From positions 28,458,001 to 28,522,000 of the forward strand of contig CP158635.1 in the NCBI GenBank assembly GCA_050273025.1: a DNA stretch of 64,000 bases, written 5' to 3'. The translations under genes and the position numbers were made by a program. The DNA is from Cenococcum geophilum. Taxonomy: Eukaryota. Of the stretch, positions 34,601-49,100 are shown piece by piece; the first letter of the stretch is position 1, and each line of letters opens with the position of its first letter. Below the pieces are notes generated by a model that saw nothing but the letters and a program-made list of their open reading frames with translations, searched no databases and was not told the DNA's origin.

Positions 34601-37600
34601 TAGAACTTAGACTTATTAATATTAATCTAAAGTCTAGTATTGCCGAGTCTTTAGATGACTTTATTTATATACTTAGTATACTTGGCGCGTGTTTTAGAAA
34701 AGACAAGGACGTTATTAAGGTAGGCAGTATAGTAGTTGTTAAGGGCGTTATATAAAATATAGTTAATATAGTTCTAGAATATAGCGGGTGTATTATAGAG
34801 GCTAAATAGTATAACTAGTATCTTATAGAGTCCAAACCGGGTAATAAATGCTATAAGCTACTTATAGCCCTCCGTAATCCGGATCTAGTTAAACGTAGTA
34901 ATTATATTAAGTTTTATAAAGTACTTGGCACTATAAAGTGCGTTAAGTGTCTTACGGATTAGTAGTAATAGGTACCGATTCTTAATAGTAACTATATTTA
35001 GGCCTTAGTAGTTATAGTAGATTTATATACCGCCGCCAGGCTTAGTAGTAAGGAGGAGTGGTACGGTAGCTAGTAAGATTAATTTGTAGATAAAACCCTT
35101 ATCTAGCATTTTATTAATCCACTTGTTTACACACCTAAGTTTAGCAGGTAAGAGTGGTCTATTTTTATAGTATAGGGCCTAGTTTCCGGGGATGATCTTA
35201 ATTTTATAGTCCTATGGTTGGTAAGGGGGCAGCTTATCTATATTCTTAGGGAGGAAGTGCTTAATATATTTATAAACCTCCTTTAGTAGGCGTTATAAAA
35301 TGTTCTTACGGGTTAATCCTGGTTTGCCTTTTAGGAATTTCTTAATATTAGTGTTAATTATCTTCCGGCGTAGAAGCTCGGGCTTAGTTTTTAAATTTAT
35401 CTTAAGGAAGTCGTAGAAATAGGGGGGTAGCGCCTTACGGGCTTCCTCTATTATATAGTTACCTTCTACTAGCCGGTGGAAGGATTCTTTTAATAGGTTC
35501 GGTACCTCTATTAAGCCTATAGGCAGTTCCTTAAGCAGCTATCGGTGCTTTTCTTATTTTATTAGTTCTACTAGCTCTATTATATAGATCCTTATTACCT
35601 TTACGCTTTTTTATTTATAAAACTGGGCGAAGTTTACGGCGTGTACATTTATAATATCGTCCAGATTAGGGCGTATTTGGTCTTCTCCCGACGTTGTGGC
35701 GGGGCTAGCTTGTCTTAGTCGGCTCTTAGGGGCGGTTCCTAGGCGGCGGCCTTACACAAGGCGTGCGGGGAGTGGGTATAAGGTTAGGCGTTATAATGGC
35801 TCGGTTTCTATTATCTGGGTCTTAGTAGTTTTATGGCCAGTCCTTGCTATAACGCGAGCTGTAGTGTATGTGTATGGTATATAGCTTAGTTCTAGGTATT
35901 AGGCTAGGCGGCTAGGGTTTAAAGGGTGTCTAGGTTGGCGTTAGACTCTTAGTAGTAGCGGCGCAAAGCGGACTTTCTTTCTTGGTCTTGGCGAGGCTAG
36001 CTAGTCCATTATTTCGGTCTTAAGTACTAGGGTAGTCCGGTCTTTTACTATCTTATTACTTTACAGCTATATAAGCTCCCCTTTATTAGGAACGTCTTCT
36101 ACTATTAGGGCTTTATATATAGTCTTAGGCACTAGGCTTAGTAGTGCCGAGTATCTACGCGGGGCATCCCTACTACTGTTGGTTATCCCCTACGGGAGGC
36201 AGTGCCTAGAGTAGTAGTCTGAGTTAAAGCGGATCTTAAGCTTCCTAAAGCTGGGGCGAGGCTTGTGCTTTTAAAGCTAAGGCATGTTTAGAATAATTGG
36301 GGTAGTAGGCGAGAGTTTGGTGACGAAAAAGAGTATAGCTTTAGTATAGAGGCTAATTAACATTTGGGCGGTAAAGTAGTCCATAACAAGCGAAGTTAGG
36401 ATACTATCTGTAAGGCGTAGTGGCCTAGGTGCTAGCAGCTTCTTAATTATAACGTTATACTTTCTTATAATAGACTCTGCGTTAATAAATGCCATTATAG
36501 TACTACCGGAGTCTACTAGGCTTACTGTATTAATATAGACTTAGGGGTATAGGTTACGTAGTAAGGAGAGTTAGGTTTAAATAAGGATTAATTTCTTATT
36601 ACTATTTGCTGATCTAAGATTAAGTAGCAGTTTACTAATAGAAAGGACTAATTAATCTAGTAATAGGGACCTAATCTTCTTATCTTCCTCCTTATATAGT
36701 TTAGACCCTTAAATATAACTTAGTCTAAGGGTTTACCTTTTAACGACTAGGGTATAGGGCTGTTTTAGCGGGGCGGTCCAGTGTCCGTCTGGCTGGCGGT
36801 GTTAGTATTAGTGTTTGTTGGGGTATAGGAAGACGATACCTCACTAATAACATAGCCGTGTTCGTATTCGTTAGCGCAGAGTTACTAATACTAGGCGTTG
36901 TTAACGGGCTGAGCTCCTATATAGGGTATTGTTTGGAGTAACTAAGCCGTAGGGTTAAAGGGGGGGGTTGTCTGCCGCGGCTATAATAGGCTCCGCGGTC
37001 GCCGCGTCTATAATGGACTCTATAGTCACCGCGTCCGCGGTTATTAGTTCGCGTTATTTAACGGAGTAGCATTGGGACTAGGTTTACTGTCTTAGCGGGG
37101 TTATAGGCGTCCTTTTAGTGGCCAGGTAGGCTATAGGTAAGGTATAGTCTATTATTAAAGCGGCGCTTACGCTCCATATCTAAGATTCTATTAAGGTCTA
37201 TAGGTTCTTTAGTTACTGCTAGGGTTAGGGTTAATATAGGGGCAGGGGCTTAAGTAGGTAGGTGGTGGTTAGCGTTCTTCTTAAGGTTAGCTCGGTGTGC
37301 ATGGTTCGCGAGGTTCTTAGTAAATATATCTATTTGCTTACTCTAACCTATATAGTCGTTATTATTAATTTTATAGGCAAGTTTAAGTACTAGCTCTTCC
37401 ATCTTTAGAGAGATAAACTTCCGGAGTAAGTCCACCTTCTATTTATTTATTTTTTTGGCGTAGGCTATTAGCTTATTAAGCTCTTCGTTTTAGGACTAGT
37501 AATTACGCTCGCCCTAGGGGAAATGGTTAAGCTTATTCTTTACAACCTGGGTTATATTAAGGACCTTATAGTAGGTAGTAAGGTCTTTAAGTATATCTTC

Positions 37601-38564
37601 CTTAGCGGGCCATTTCTATGTAGATATATTGTTTGGGTTCTTATATATAAGCTCTAGACCCTACTTAATAAACTTATAGGCCTTATCCTCTAGTATATCC
37701 GAGATATAAAGGATCTAGGACTAAACTGTGTTAAAGTAGTCCCAGTCGCGGTTAAAGACTCCCTTAATCTTAATATACTAGGTCTTAAAATTAGCTTATT
37801 GTTCTAGCGGGGTGCCTTTTCCACTAAATATTAGTAGGTCTTTAAACCTCCGTTTTTTCTACTAGGTTACTACCGTTGTTATAGGGGTTAATTGTTTTAG
37901 AATAGCGATAGTCTCTACCTAGGAGTTAATAGTTCCTATTTAGGAAGCAATAAGGGCACTAAGGTTTTTGTTAGCTTTCTTATTAGCGGTGTTTATGTTA
38001 TATATACACTATAGTCCTACTTTAATATTGTTAAGGAACTCGTTGGTATAGTTAGTAAGGGTAAGGTACGCTTTACTAGGCTTAAAGGTCTTAGGGTACG
38101 GTAGGGAGCGGCGGATTATCTACGCGATATTAGGGTATATTTATATAAAGAGGTCTACAAAAACGTCGCGGGGGTTCTAGGTTTCGGCCATTTTAGCGTC
38201 GTTAGTATCGCCTATCTAGGCGCTGGGTAAAAACTAAGGATCGTTCTAGGACTGTGCTGGGGACGTGTTGGTTTTAGCAGAGGCGTGCGTAGGTCGCGAT
38301 TACTTTGGGGCGGAGGTTAATTGGCTAGGGTATAGGGAATTAGTGATCGCGATGGGGTGTAAATTAAAGATACTACAAACTGTTATAGTGCTGTAATAAA
38401 GTAGACTGAATAACTACGTTGTGGTATAAAGAGGAGAAGGTAAAAAGGGGGTATTATATATAAATAGTAGGGCCAGCCGCCAAGGCACTAGTGGTGGGCC
38501 AGCTAATAGTAGGAAACAGTACAAGACAGTATGGAACAGTATATGTTAGGTTAGTGCCGTGACA
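31654..38564 (-). mobile_element. Gypsy-D: chromovirus-type Ty3/Gypsy LTR retrotransposon, 6911 bp, uninterrupted
   Basis: 184-bp LTRs 31654-31837 and 38381-38564; perfect TSD AATAA; PPT next to 31838; gag, protease (ORF 36277-36495 relic), RT, RNase H, integrase and chromodomain (WEFEKILD..LTYEIKWK...TTWQ) on minus. Confidence 0.95.
31921..32047. promoter_or_regulatory. Conserved ~125-bp palindromic module, copy 2 (Gypsy-D 3' region, inverted)
   Basis: Reverse complement matches 1086-1211 and 43430-43554; palindrome gattttctatgc-cgg-gtatagaaaatc; intact agCCAATag. Confidence 0.75.
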
Positions 38565-39862
38565 AATAAAGCCTAAAAAATTAATGCTAGTAGCATAGAA
38601 TGTGTACTTTTTTAGGTTTATATAGAGCTTATATTCCTATAGTCTTTCTAGTACTATTTGCACGTAGTGCGTATATACTTTATAGTTATTAAAGTAGACT
38701 ATAATGTTATTAAGGTAGACTATATATATTATATCTAATAGGCCCGACAATGCCTTATTAATATAGGCCTGAAATGTCGCTGGTGCGTTAGTAAGCCTAA
38801 ATAGTATTACTATGTACTTAAAGTGGCCGTACCATATTTAAAATGCCGTTTTCCACTTATCGCCGGCTTTAATCTAGATTTAATAGTATATAGCTTTTAG
38901 ATCTAATTTTATAAATATCTTTACGCCTAATAGCCTATTAATAAGCTCCCCTATTAAGGGTAATAGGTAGCGATTTTTTATAGTAATCTTATTTAGCGCC
39001 TAATAGTCGACATAGAGGCGAAGGGTCCCGTTCTTCTTAGGTATAAATATAATTAGTGCCCCTGCTAGGCTTATAAAGGGCCAAATCTATTCTCTCTAAA
39101 AATTATCTACTATATATTGACGTAGTACTACTAGCTTATTTTCTAATAGGTTATATAGTGGTCCAAAAGGAGGTTATTTATCCCCTATATCTATCTTATA
39201 CTTAACTAATATAGGGTCGGGTAAGGTTTATACAGCCTCTTTATTAGAAACATCCTCTAAGTCTATATATTCCTATAGAATCTCTAATTCCTTAACTGCA
39301 TATAGCCGGATATCCAAAAATGAATATCCTGTGTCCCCGTTCTTGGTGTTAAGAGTAGTATACATAGTATATGCCTACCCTTTTTCTTATATATAGTTTA
39401 AGAAAGTCTCTTAATCTTTAACTATAATGCGCGGTTAAGACTTCCGATGTTAATACAAGGCCAAAGGCCAATTAATGTCTAGATTGACTTAGCGAAGCCA
39501 TAGGTATCCTAAAATAAGGTTATACCCCTTAATTTCTGCGGCACAGAAGCGCATCTTCTGCGTGTTCTATAGACCATCGCGGTCCTGGCTGGCCATAGAA
39601 AAAGCCTGTTCCCTATAGTATGGAATTTAGTAGCCTCTAATGCTTTAAACAGTGCGCACCTATAAGCCGCTAAGGTTTAAATCTAATTCCTTTACCAGTA
39701 ATTAAGAAATAAACCCTATACTCGCGCCGCTGTCCATAAGGCAGTCTCGCGTTACCTATTTATTATTAACTTAAATAGAGACAGGAATAACTATGCAGCA
39801 GTTTACTCCCTCTTTTTCTTACTAGCCTAGTATAAGGGAGTAAAGATCTACTAGGCTATCTC

Positions 39863-39869
39863 TTTTCCC
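39863..39869 (-). other. Candidate -1 ribosomal frameshift slippery site GGGAAAA at the Gypsy-C gag/pro junction
   Basis: Minus strand reads tcgggaaaagagatagcctag just after the gag zinc knuckle and before the protease region; fits XXXYYYZ. Confidence 0.5.
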
Positions 39870-42800
39870 GATTAGGCCGACTCTTACTTTTTCTACCGGC
39901 AGAAGCGGCTTATATAGCCCTTTTTGCCGCAGTTATAATAGGTATATGTCTCCCGGTTCCCCTCCTGCGGATTAGGTCTCTACCTATTATTATTTTAGGG
40001 TTAACTAGCATTGCTCTAGGGCTGCGAGGCCTACTCGCGTTATCTTTCTATAGAGCGGTTAGGTCGGAATCTACCCCTATTATTAAAGCTAGGTCTAGTC
40101 CTACACTCTTTATCGTTAGCGTCTTATTTCTTTTACTTGCCTAAATAGTCTCTTTTAGTACTCTTAATTTAAGTAGCTTTAGAGATAAGCTTTTCTTAAG
40201 AGGTAGAAATTTCGCCCTTCTCTTATATAGCCTATTAAATCTTAAGTTATAGCTTAGCGAGTAGCTAGTAAAGTTATATAGCGTTATCCTATAGATCTAA
40301 GTAGGGTATATTATCTTCTAGTTCTTCTAAGTAGTTTACGAACTAGACCACAGTCTAACTATCCCGCTGTTTAGCGTTATGGTATTACTAGTTGTAGTCT
40401 ATCCCTTAATTAGTAGGGTCTTAGACCTAATTAACTAACTAGGTCCTAAGTTCGCTAAATTTAAAGGGTATAGTAAGTTTCTTCTTATAGCGTGTTTATA
40501 AACTCTTAATGGTGCCACGCAGGAAGGTAGAAGCAATTAGTGTCTAATTATACTTATTAGAGTAACGTTTCGGATCTAGCCAAAACTTAGTTTTATATTA
40601 TTGGATAAAACGATTATAGTTCCGAAGACTATTACTATAGTACTTATTAGGTTCCTTTATACGGAATTTAGGTTTTTCTAACGTTATAGTATAGTATAGC
40701 GTTACCCCTTTAAGTCCGCTTTATGTCTAGGGTGTCTATACTTCCCCTAATTGTCCTTATAATTGTTCTTAATAGTCTTAATATGCTTATCTTAATTATA
40801 TCTCTAACTCCTTTATTTTTTTATAGGGTCTTGTATAGCGACCGCTCTAATAACTCCCTAGCGGTAATCGTTTCTAAGGGTCTCGCAAGGTTAGACAAAC
40901 CAGCCGTGGCTTCTTCGTAAGAAGAGGGAATGCGCTCCTCTAGGGAGACTCTTTAAGCCTCTTACGGTAAGGGCGTTGCTTTATAGGGTACAGGAGTATA
41001 GTCCGTTATTATTAATTAATAGCCGTACGTTCCTAACGGATTATAAATAATTAGAATTATAAGAGGCTAGTTTAACCGAAACGTATAATTATCTAATCGA
41101 CAGTGTTACTGGTAAGTAGAAGGTAAGTTAAAGGTAAGTTAAAGGTAGAATAAGTTTTACGTATTAAAGGATAAATGCTTCTAACCACTTCTATTTAGAG
41201 ACTAATTGCTAGTTCTTCTTTAGAGGGGAACCAGCTTCCTATATGTTTTTTTAAGACACTAGTAAAACCTTTCGCCCCTAACCTATCTAACTGTGTCTTC
41301 TGGAATATAGATAGGACATAGATAAAACCTCCTACCGTCTTATCGGATATGTACTTCTTAGGGGATTCCGTTATAAATAGGCACCCCTATATCTATAATA
41401 CGTCTAATTTTATATTTAGTATACGCTAAAGTTCCTTAGCCCTCTATACCTTCCTAGGCCTAGCTTATATCGTTCTTATAGCGCTCCCTTATAGGGCGGC
41501 TGCGGTCTATTATTACCTAGTGCCGGTTATAGGTCCATTTATTCTTAATACATTAACGCCCTATTTAGGAGCTATATATACCGTATTAGATCTTAGCAAA
41601 TCCTATTTAGGAATGGCATTAAAGATATAACGTTTGCTAATTTAACCGTCTTAAGATTAAGCTTCTAAAGTTAATTAGTAAGTTTCTCTAGTTTAGGATC
41701 TATTTCCTAAGTCGTTTAATAGGTATTTGCTAACTTACTTAGCTAAAAGACTATAGATAGTTAAAGGGCAGCATCTCTTTAGTTTATTATAGCTAGTTAC
41801 TAATTATAAAATTGTCCAACTAGCTAATAAAGGCCTTATTCCTTAGAATTTATTATTAATAACTAATCGGCGCCTTTATACAAATTAAGCCTATTTTCTA
41901 CAGCTCTCCTTAGCAGGTAAAAGTTAAAAGACTCTCGCCTATTAGGGTTAGCTCCTATTTTAGTTATTATATATCTTTAGTATTTAAATAGGAGTCCTTT
42001 TATAAACCAGTACCCTCATTCGCAGTTTTCTAAATTACTAGCCTTAGTAACCTTCTAGGAGATTAACGTAAACTACCTATAGTATTCGCGTATACTACTA
42101 AGTGGATTATTTCTATACTATAGTATATAAGCTTCTAAGAATTCTACCATTTTAACTTATTAAAAGTAGTTACTTCCTTAGTAGTCTATCCTAAGCTTTT
42201 CTATAAGTTCCATCTAGTTACTAATAGTAAACTTAGGCAGACTTTAGATTTATATCCCTATCTAATAGTTATAATACTTCAGAAGTCCTTAATACTTCTT
42301 ATTATCCGTAACACAGTGCTAGATATATAGCCGCTTATACTATTTAATAAATTGTAATACGTTTTATGCCATAAAGTAAAAAATCCTAGGGGTTCCCAGA
42401 GCCGGTATAGGCTGGGCTATAATATATACCTTATCTCGTTCTATTAGTAGTTTAGTAGGAGGTAATAAACCTATAGTTTCTCTGGGGATAGGTAAGTGGA
42501 CCTTATAACCCTTATCCTCTATCTATTAAGGGTTATTGGTCCCTAATATTACGGGAGTTAAAGTTAGTATTACATGCCCTGGTTTAGGAGAGCTTTACAG
42601 TTTAATAGGCTACTTACTTTCCTCTCCCTTTTTAGCGCCCTTACTATTGTTATAGAATAGGCCTAACATTCCTAATAATCCCTTTACTGGTACTGTTGCC
42701 ATTATTATAAACTTAAAGGTAGCTCTAATAAATGCGAGAATAATAGTATAGACTATTATAAATATAGTAAACGAAATATAAAAGATTTTTCTTTACCGTT

Positions 42801-43429
42801 CCTAGTGTGCTATAGTCCTTCCTTTTATCCTTTGTCTTACTATACTACGTACCCGCCTCCTCGTCGCTGCTTACCGACCACTATTCCCGCATAGAGAGCT
42901 TAGTAAGTGTCGTTAATTTATTCTTTATGGCGGTGGCTACGCATAGGTCGCTAATATGCCCGTGCTTTTTTGTCTTAGTCATTTTATCGCAGTTCCAGAT
43001 CGTTCCTATACGTCTCCTATATATAAAGCACTAGACTTCTAATCTTATAAGGGCGCGGAGAGACTTTAGGGAAGATTTAAAGGAATAATATAAATTCTAT
43101 CTAAATCTAAGGGTATATAGCTCTCGCTAAGAACAAGACGTTGCGTAAAGAAGAGAAAGGAATAATAAGAGAATTATATAATTATATAGTTAGGGGCTTG
43201 GTGGTTAATGCGTGCGTATATATACACGCGGTCTTTAATAGACTTTGGTAATTCGATTAATTTAGCAGATTTTGGTTAAAGCGTTGGAATTTATCTATTA
43301 AGTGTTTTACTAAGACATTCCTACTGTAACTGGGCTAGTCCCGTTATAGTACCCCCCCTTTTAGCTAAAGGTCCAAATAATTTAATTTTAGTTAAGACTT
43401 ATAACTTATTGCGTGTCGTATTTTCGCGT

Positions 43430-43554
43430 CGGGTGGCAGTATAGGGTTTTGCCGATTCTATCGTTAAATAGACTAATTAGGATTTTTTATCCCCGGGATA
43501 AAAAATCGCTATTAGCTTAGTTAAGGCGGTAAGTAGAACTAATATCTTTATAGT
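43430..43554. promoter_or_regulatory. Conserved ~125-bp palindromic module, copy 3 (Gypsy-E 3' region)
   Basis: Perfect 13-bp arms GATTTTTTATCCC-c-GGGATAAAAAATC at 43481-43507; flanks match copies 1 and 2. Confidence 0.75.
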
Positions 43555-44476
43555 AGGTCTTAGTAAGGCAAATCTAACCAATTAGATAACTTTAATTGGC
43601 GGTTAAAGTTCCTTAATATCTTGCGTATTATATAACCGTATTATAAACGTTATAACGTATTTTAAGTCTTTTTTAATTTTAAGCTTCCTACTATTATGTT
43701 TTATATATTTATATTAGGTGGCAATTATTTACTTTTATATTATGTCTATTTAGCTAAAGTAGGCCGCAAAGGATAGTCCTTATAGAATTCTTTTACTAAG
43801 AAAGGCGTATTAGTTTTAATCTAGTTATAGGTTTCCTAAGTTTATATTTTATATTCTTCCTATTTAATAAGAAGTTTAAATTATTTAGATTATGTCTTCT
43901 ATTATATATCGTTAATTAAGTTAATAAAGTAAAAACCGTTGCCGTTGTTAATAATTATAGGAGGTAGTAGTGGTACTTTGTAAGTTATAGGTTTACCCTT
44001 TAAGGGTTATAGTAAGTTTACGTAAAATATTGGATATATTTTTATCTTAGTTAGTAGTTTAAGTTTATAAGCGTATAGGCTTAGTTTCTTCTTAACTTAG
44101 TATAAACCCGTAAACTTCTAGTCTAGTTTCTTTAAAGGTTATTAAGTCTTTAGGTTTTATATATTTAGGTAAACTATATTACCTTCCTTAAAGTCCTACG
44201 CGGGAGCTCGTTTTTTATTTATATACTATTCCTATACTATTTAAGCATACGCTAATTTACTTTATAATAGTTCCGTTAACTGCTTTATTTAATTAGTAAA
44301 GTTCAAGTTATTTACTAGAGGTAGAAAGGAGCTCTTGCTGCACCCGGCCCAAAAAGACCAAAAACAACCAAAAGAACCCTGAAAAACACCTAGAGAATCC
44401 CCCTAAGATGTATGCATCGTAGGGGAGACACACATCAAACGACGGTGGTTCGCACTCGCGCGCGCCCACCAGAACC

Positions 44477-46050
44477 ATGCCTAGCAATGGCCCTCCACAA
44501 CAAGAATAGGTGAATACCATACTATAAAACGGAAAGACCTCTATTAAGCAGGCATCTAATAAAATATAAAGCCTATTAGACGCGTCTAGTATCCGCAGTT
44601 ATAGGGGAGCGACCGTTAGCTATAACGAACTAATATAGCTAGTAGAATGGCTCCGCTAATCTAGCGTACCTTAGGCGCCCCTTTAGCAAACCCTTAACTA
44701 AATCCTCTAACGGCTAAGCAAAATTAAAAATAAATAAAACCCCTCCCTACCGGTAAACCGTACCTGGGCCGCCGTAGCTACGCCTCTATAGCATAGGGAG
44801 CCTACCCCCCTAAAGATAATATCTGGATATATAATTATAATATAACCAAATATAGAGAAAGTAGAGGGGCTTAGGGGATAATTAGAAATAGAAGTCCTTA
44901 TAGAAATTCGCAAAGAGGTCCATAACGCTGTTATAGTCTAATACCTTAGGAGCGGAGATATTAGAGTTACCCTAAGGGACTAATAGGTAAAGGAATGAGC
45001 TATAAGGGTAGGGGATAGGCTAGGAGAACGTATTGGCATAAAAGTGCTCTATAAAGATTATTTAGTCGAAGTCCTAGCGGTTCCCCTAAGCCTTAGGGTA
45101 AAAAAGGAACGCTAGGCGGACAATACGGCAACTATATATAAGATAGTAAAATAAACGGAACGCCTTATACCAGGACTTAAGATTACCTAAATCTAATAGC
45201 TTTAACAGGAAAATATAAACTAAGTATATAATGAGAACAATAAAAGAACATAAGGGTTGCTAGAGACTCGCTAGGGAGACGCTGGTTAAACGCATGGCTT
45301 CCTTATTGTTAGTATATATACACCAGGAATGCAAAAACTCCTTATTTAAAAAGGTATTATTATAAATGGCCTTATATATAACGTAAGGCTCTATAACTAT
45401 AAACTCCGCCTAAAATAATGCTACCGCTATGTATAATAGAGACATACCTAATCCATATACGCAGTATAGGTGTGCTGCGGCCACTATGCAGGCCCCTATA
45501 ATATAAAAAACTGCTTAAATTAAGACTAAATAAAATGCGTAAACTGCTACTAAAGCATATATAAGGCGTAGGAGAGAGGAGACTGTATTAAATACAGGAG
45601 ACGGAAGGTAAGGGCTTAACAGCTGCGGGAATAACTGTATATTAGGTTATATAAATGGAAATAATAGGCGATAAGCCAGGGGGGCGTAGGTGCCTTTTTA
45701 GCATTTCCTACCTTTAATACCGGGGGGCTAGGCCAGCCATCCTAAGCCTTAATAGGCCAGAAGCGTCGCCGCGCGATATTACTAGACTGTATAGGGATAT
45801 AAGGGTTATAGGGGACACAAGGGAGAAGACGCCCTATAGGAAGACTATTATAGACAGCTACAGCAAGCTTAAGACTAGGATAATTAAGAATTAGACTTAA
45901 CGCGGCAAATATAATATTTATAGCTAACTTTTAAAGGGTATATAGCCAACTAGTAAGAATAGGGGAGGAACCGGAGATAATAATAGATTTAGATATAGAA
46001 GCGCTATTAGGAACACAAGATATAGGAATAGAAAGCTCTATATAAAATAA
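44477..46050 (+). pseudogene. LINE ORF1 (gag-like, CCHC zinc knuckles), RIP-inactivated
   Basis: De-RIP QCYRCQQWGH...CAAQVRCGHCAGPH..KNC...KCVNC at about 45415-45560; boundaries approximate. Confidence 0.8.
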
Positions 46051-46159
46051 GTAGTAACTAGGATGCAGATATAAGAGATAGAAGCTCTAAATGTCCTAGA
46101 GAAAGTAGAAATAGAGGAAGTAAGAAACGAAGAAGAGGCGAAGGACCCCCGCCGGGGGT

Positions 46160-49100
46160 CCGCCACCTATCCATTATATAGTATAACTGCGGCAACACAA
46201 ACCACCGTCTTATAAGGCCCTTGCTAGATATCTTAGACCTAGAGAAATACCACATCCTTACTATATAAGAGCCATATTATAATGCCTACATATAATTAAT
46301 ATACTGCCCCTAAGGATTCCAGCTCCTATATAAACCAAAAGCAGCTACACGCGTGTGCTTTATAATTAGTAAGGCTATCAGCCTATCCTTATAGTTATAG
46401 TAGGCAGTTAACCTAGATATTATAGTTATAATAATCCAGATATATAGGGGACCGGTTCAGATTATTAATGTATATAACCCTAGGGTTAAAGGGGTCCTAT
46501 AAATAGAGAATATTATATTGGCAATAAGCTTACTAGAAACCAAAGATATAGAGTCTATCCTATTAGGAGACATAAACCTCCACTACCCGCGGTAGGAGGG
46601 TATCTATATTGCTGCCGAACGACAGGCAGAGTGCCTACTAAAAGCTATAAACACTTAGGGCCTTAAGCTAGCTACCCCCCTAGGAGCAATTATATAGCAA
46701 TAAGGCACCGCCAGAAGCATAATTAACCTTATATTTATAGACAAAGGCCTATACCAAAGACTTAAAAGGTGCAACCCTAAAGAAGAATAGGCACTTGCTT
46801 TAGACTATATCCCCATCTAAATACAGCTAGATCTAGATATTAAGGCATAATTAAATAGCAAAAGATATGTAATAAGAAAGCTTAAAACAGACAGCTTCCT
46901 TAATATAGTTAAATAATAACTTTAAGACCTAGAAGAAATCTACCTAATACTAAATAAGCGAGGCTTAATGGCTACCCCTAAGGAAATCGACTAAAGACTA
47001 GAAAGGATCTAGGCAGCAATTAAAAATGGGTTAAAAGAGCACTGCCTAGTCTTAAAAGTGGGCCCCTACGCGTAATACGTATAGTCCGCATAATGCGCGG
47101 TTCTTATTACTAGCTAATAACGAGCAAGAAGAAAATATATAAGTAGCCATAATTCTAAAGACGAGAGACATTATAAAGACACAAGAAACTAGCTAAAGAA
47201 TACCCTAAAAAAAGAAGTAAGAAATAGCTAAAGACAGTTTATAAATAAGTATACTACTAACCTAAGCCTCCCCTATAACAAAGGTCTTTAAAGGATAGCG
47301 AAATGGGTAAAGAGAAAGGCAGGACATTTAGTAGAAGACCCACACCTTCCGCCCCTACAAAGACTAGGTAAATTACTGGCTACAAACAATAATAATAAGA
47401 AGGCAAAAATCCTTATAGAAAGATTTTTCCCCTAACTAGCTTTAGTAGACCTCAGTAATATTACAGGCAAAGCACCGGTAACTTGCCTAAGGGTCGATAG
47501 TAATATAACAACCGAAGAAATAGCTAGAACTATTAGCCGCCTTTTAAATAACATAGTACTAGGACCAGATAGGATCCTAAATAAAGCCCTAAAGACCTAC
47601 AGACCACTAATAGTACCTTAGCTTACGGATGTAGCTAGAGTATACTTTATAATAAGCTACTACCTAAGACTTGAAAGAGCTATAATAACGTTTATCCTAT
47701 ACAAAGAAGGTAAAGCAGACTACTTATTTCCAGGGAGCTACCGCCCTATTGCCTTAGAGAATACCCTTAGTAAGATCTTAGAAAGGGTAATAGCGGACTA
47801 TATGGTAGACATAGTAGAGGAACACGCCCTACTACTACAAAGCTAAATAGGGGCAAGAAAGAACCGCTTAACACTATTAGCACTTATGCTACTCGCTGCC
47901 ACTATTAAATCAGCATAGGCAATGCGAAGGGACTTTATAGTATTAATGCTTAGCCTAGATATTAGTGGCGCCTATAACAACGTACCCTATAAGCGTCTCC
48001 TATATATCCTTAGAGCAAAAGGCTTCCTAGAATGGATTATATAATTTATTTAAGGGTTTACAGGCTAAAAAGAAACATTGCTAGTCTTTAGCGGATACTA
48101 AAGCCCCCCTATCGCAGTTACAACAGGAATACCATAAGGATTACCCCTCTTACCTATACTTTTCCTTTTCTTTATAAGCAACCTACTTAACTCCTTTAAG
48201 GAAGGGGCGACCTAGGGGATAGGCTTTGTTAATAACACAAACCTAATTATATACGGGCTAATAGCCGTAGAGAATTGCAGAACGCTAGAGAAAGCTTATA
48301 ATACCTATATAGAATAGGTAAGATAATATAGAGTCCAATTCTCACTAGAGAAGTACCAGCTAATCTATTTTATAAGAAAACGTAACTAATCTGTAGATCT
48401 CTAGCATATAATTTATATCTAAGGCTTTAGGGGTTAGCTAGTTTAGGGCCTAAGAGTATTAGGAGTATAGGTAGATAGTAAGCTCTAGTGGAGCGTATAT
48501 GCGGCCTAAGCGGCCCATAAGGGCTAAGTATAGTATATTATATTATCTAGGATCGTCAATTCTATATAGGGCCCATGCTTCTAGAGGTCACGCCTACTAT
48601 ATACAGCAGTTGTCCGGCCAACCATAACGTATAGGTCCAGTATTTAGGCCATTAGAGAATCTAAGAAAGGCTCCCCTAAATCGCTCCTTAAACCACTCTA
48701 AAAGGTCTAAATAGCCTACCTCTAGAGTATAATAGGCGGATATAAGCGAACGGCCACAGCACTACTTGAGAAGGAAGCTAATATTCCCCCCCTATAACTA
48801 TATATTAAAGCCGCTACAATATAAAGGGCGTAAAAGGAACGCAACTCTAATATTATAAAGTATATTAAGACACGCCTAAATAAACTATGGAAGGACCTTA
48901 GGGCGCCTTATAGGAGAATAAACTAATAACCCTAAAGTAGGGAAGATATATTGGAGAAACAGGTAAAGAAAGTAGAAGAAGAATAGTGCTACTTTAGGGC
49001 CTAGGCCTATATAGAGGAGAAAGGGAAACGCATAAGAGGCCAGTAAGAATAACAGTAAAAGAGAGAAAAGAGCTAAAGTAAAGTATAAAAGAATGCCAGG

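Larger units (their letters stand above)
26637..41375 (-). mobile_element. Gypsy-C: Ty3/Gypsy LTR retrotransposon (about 7.8 kb net) interrupted by Gypsy-D
   Basis: ~319-bp LTRs 26637-26955 and 41058-41375 (TG/CA RIP'd to TA/TA); perfect TSD AATAG; PPT aaaaggggaggcaat on minus; integrase fragment in ORF 29753-30019 (ELTMDFIIGLP...GIVSNRG); RT FLGFII split at 31653/38565. Confidence 0.95.
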
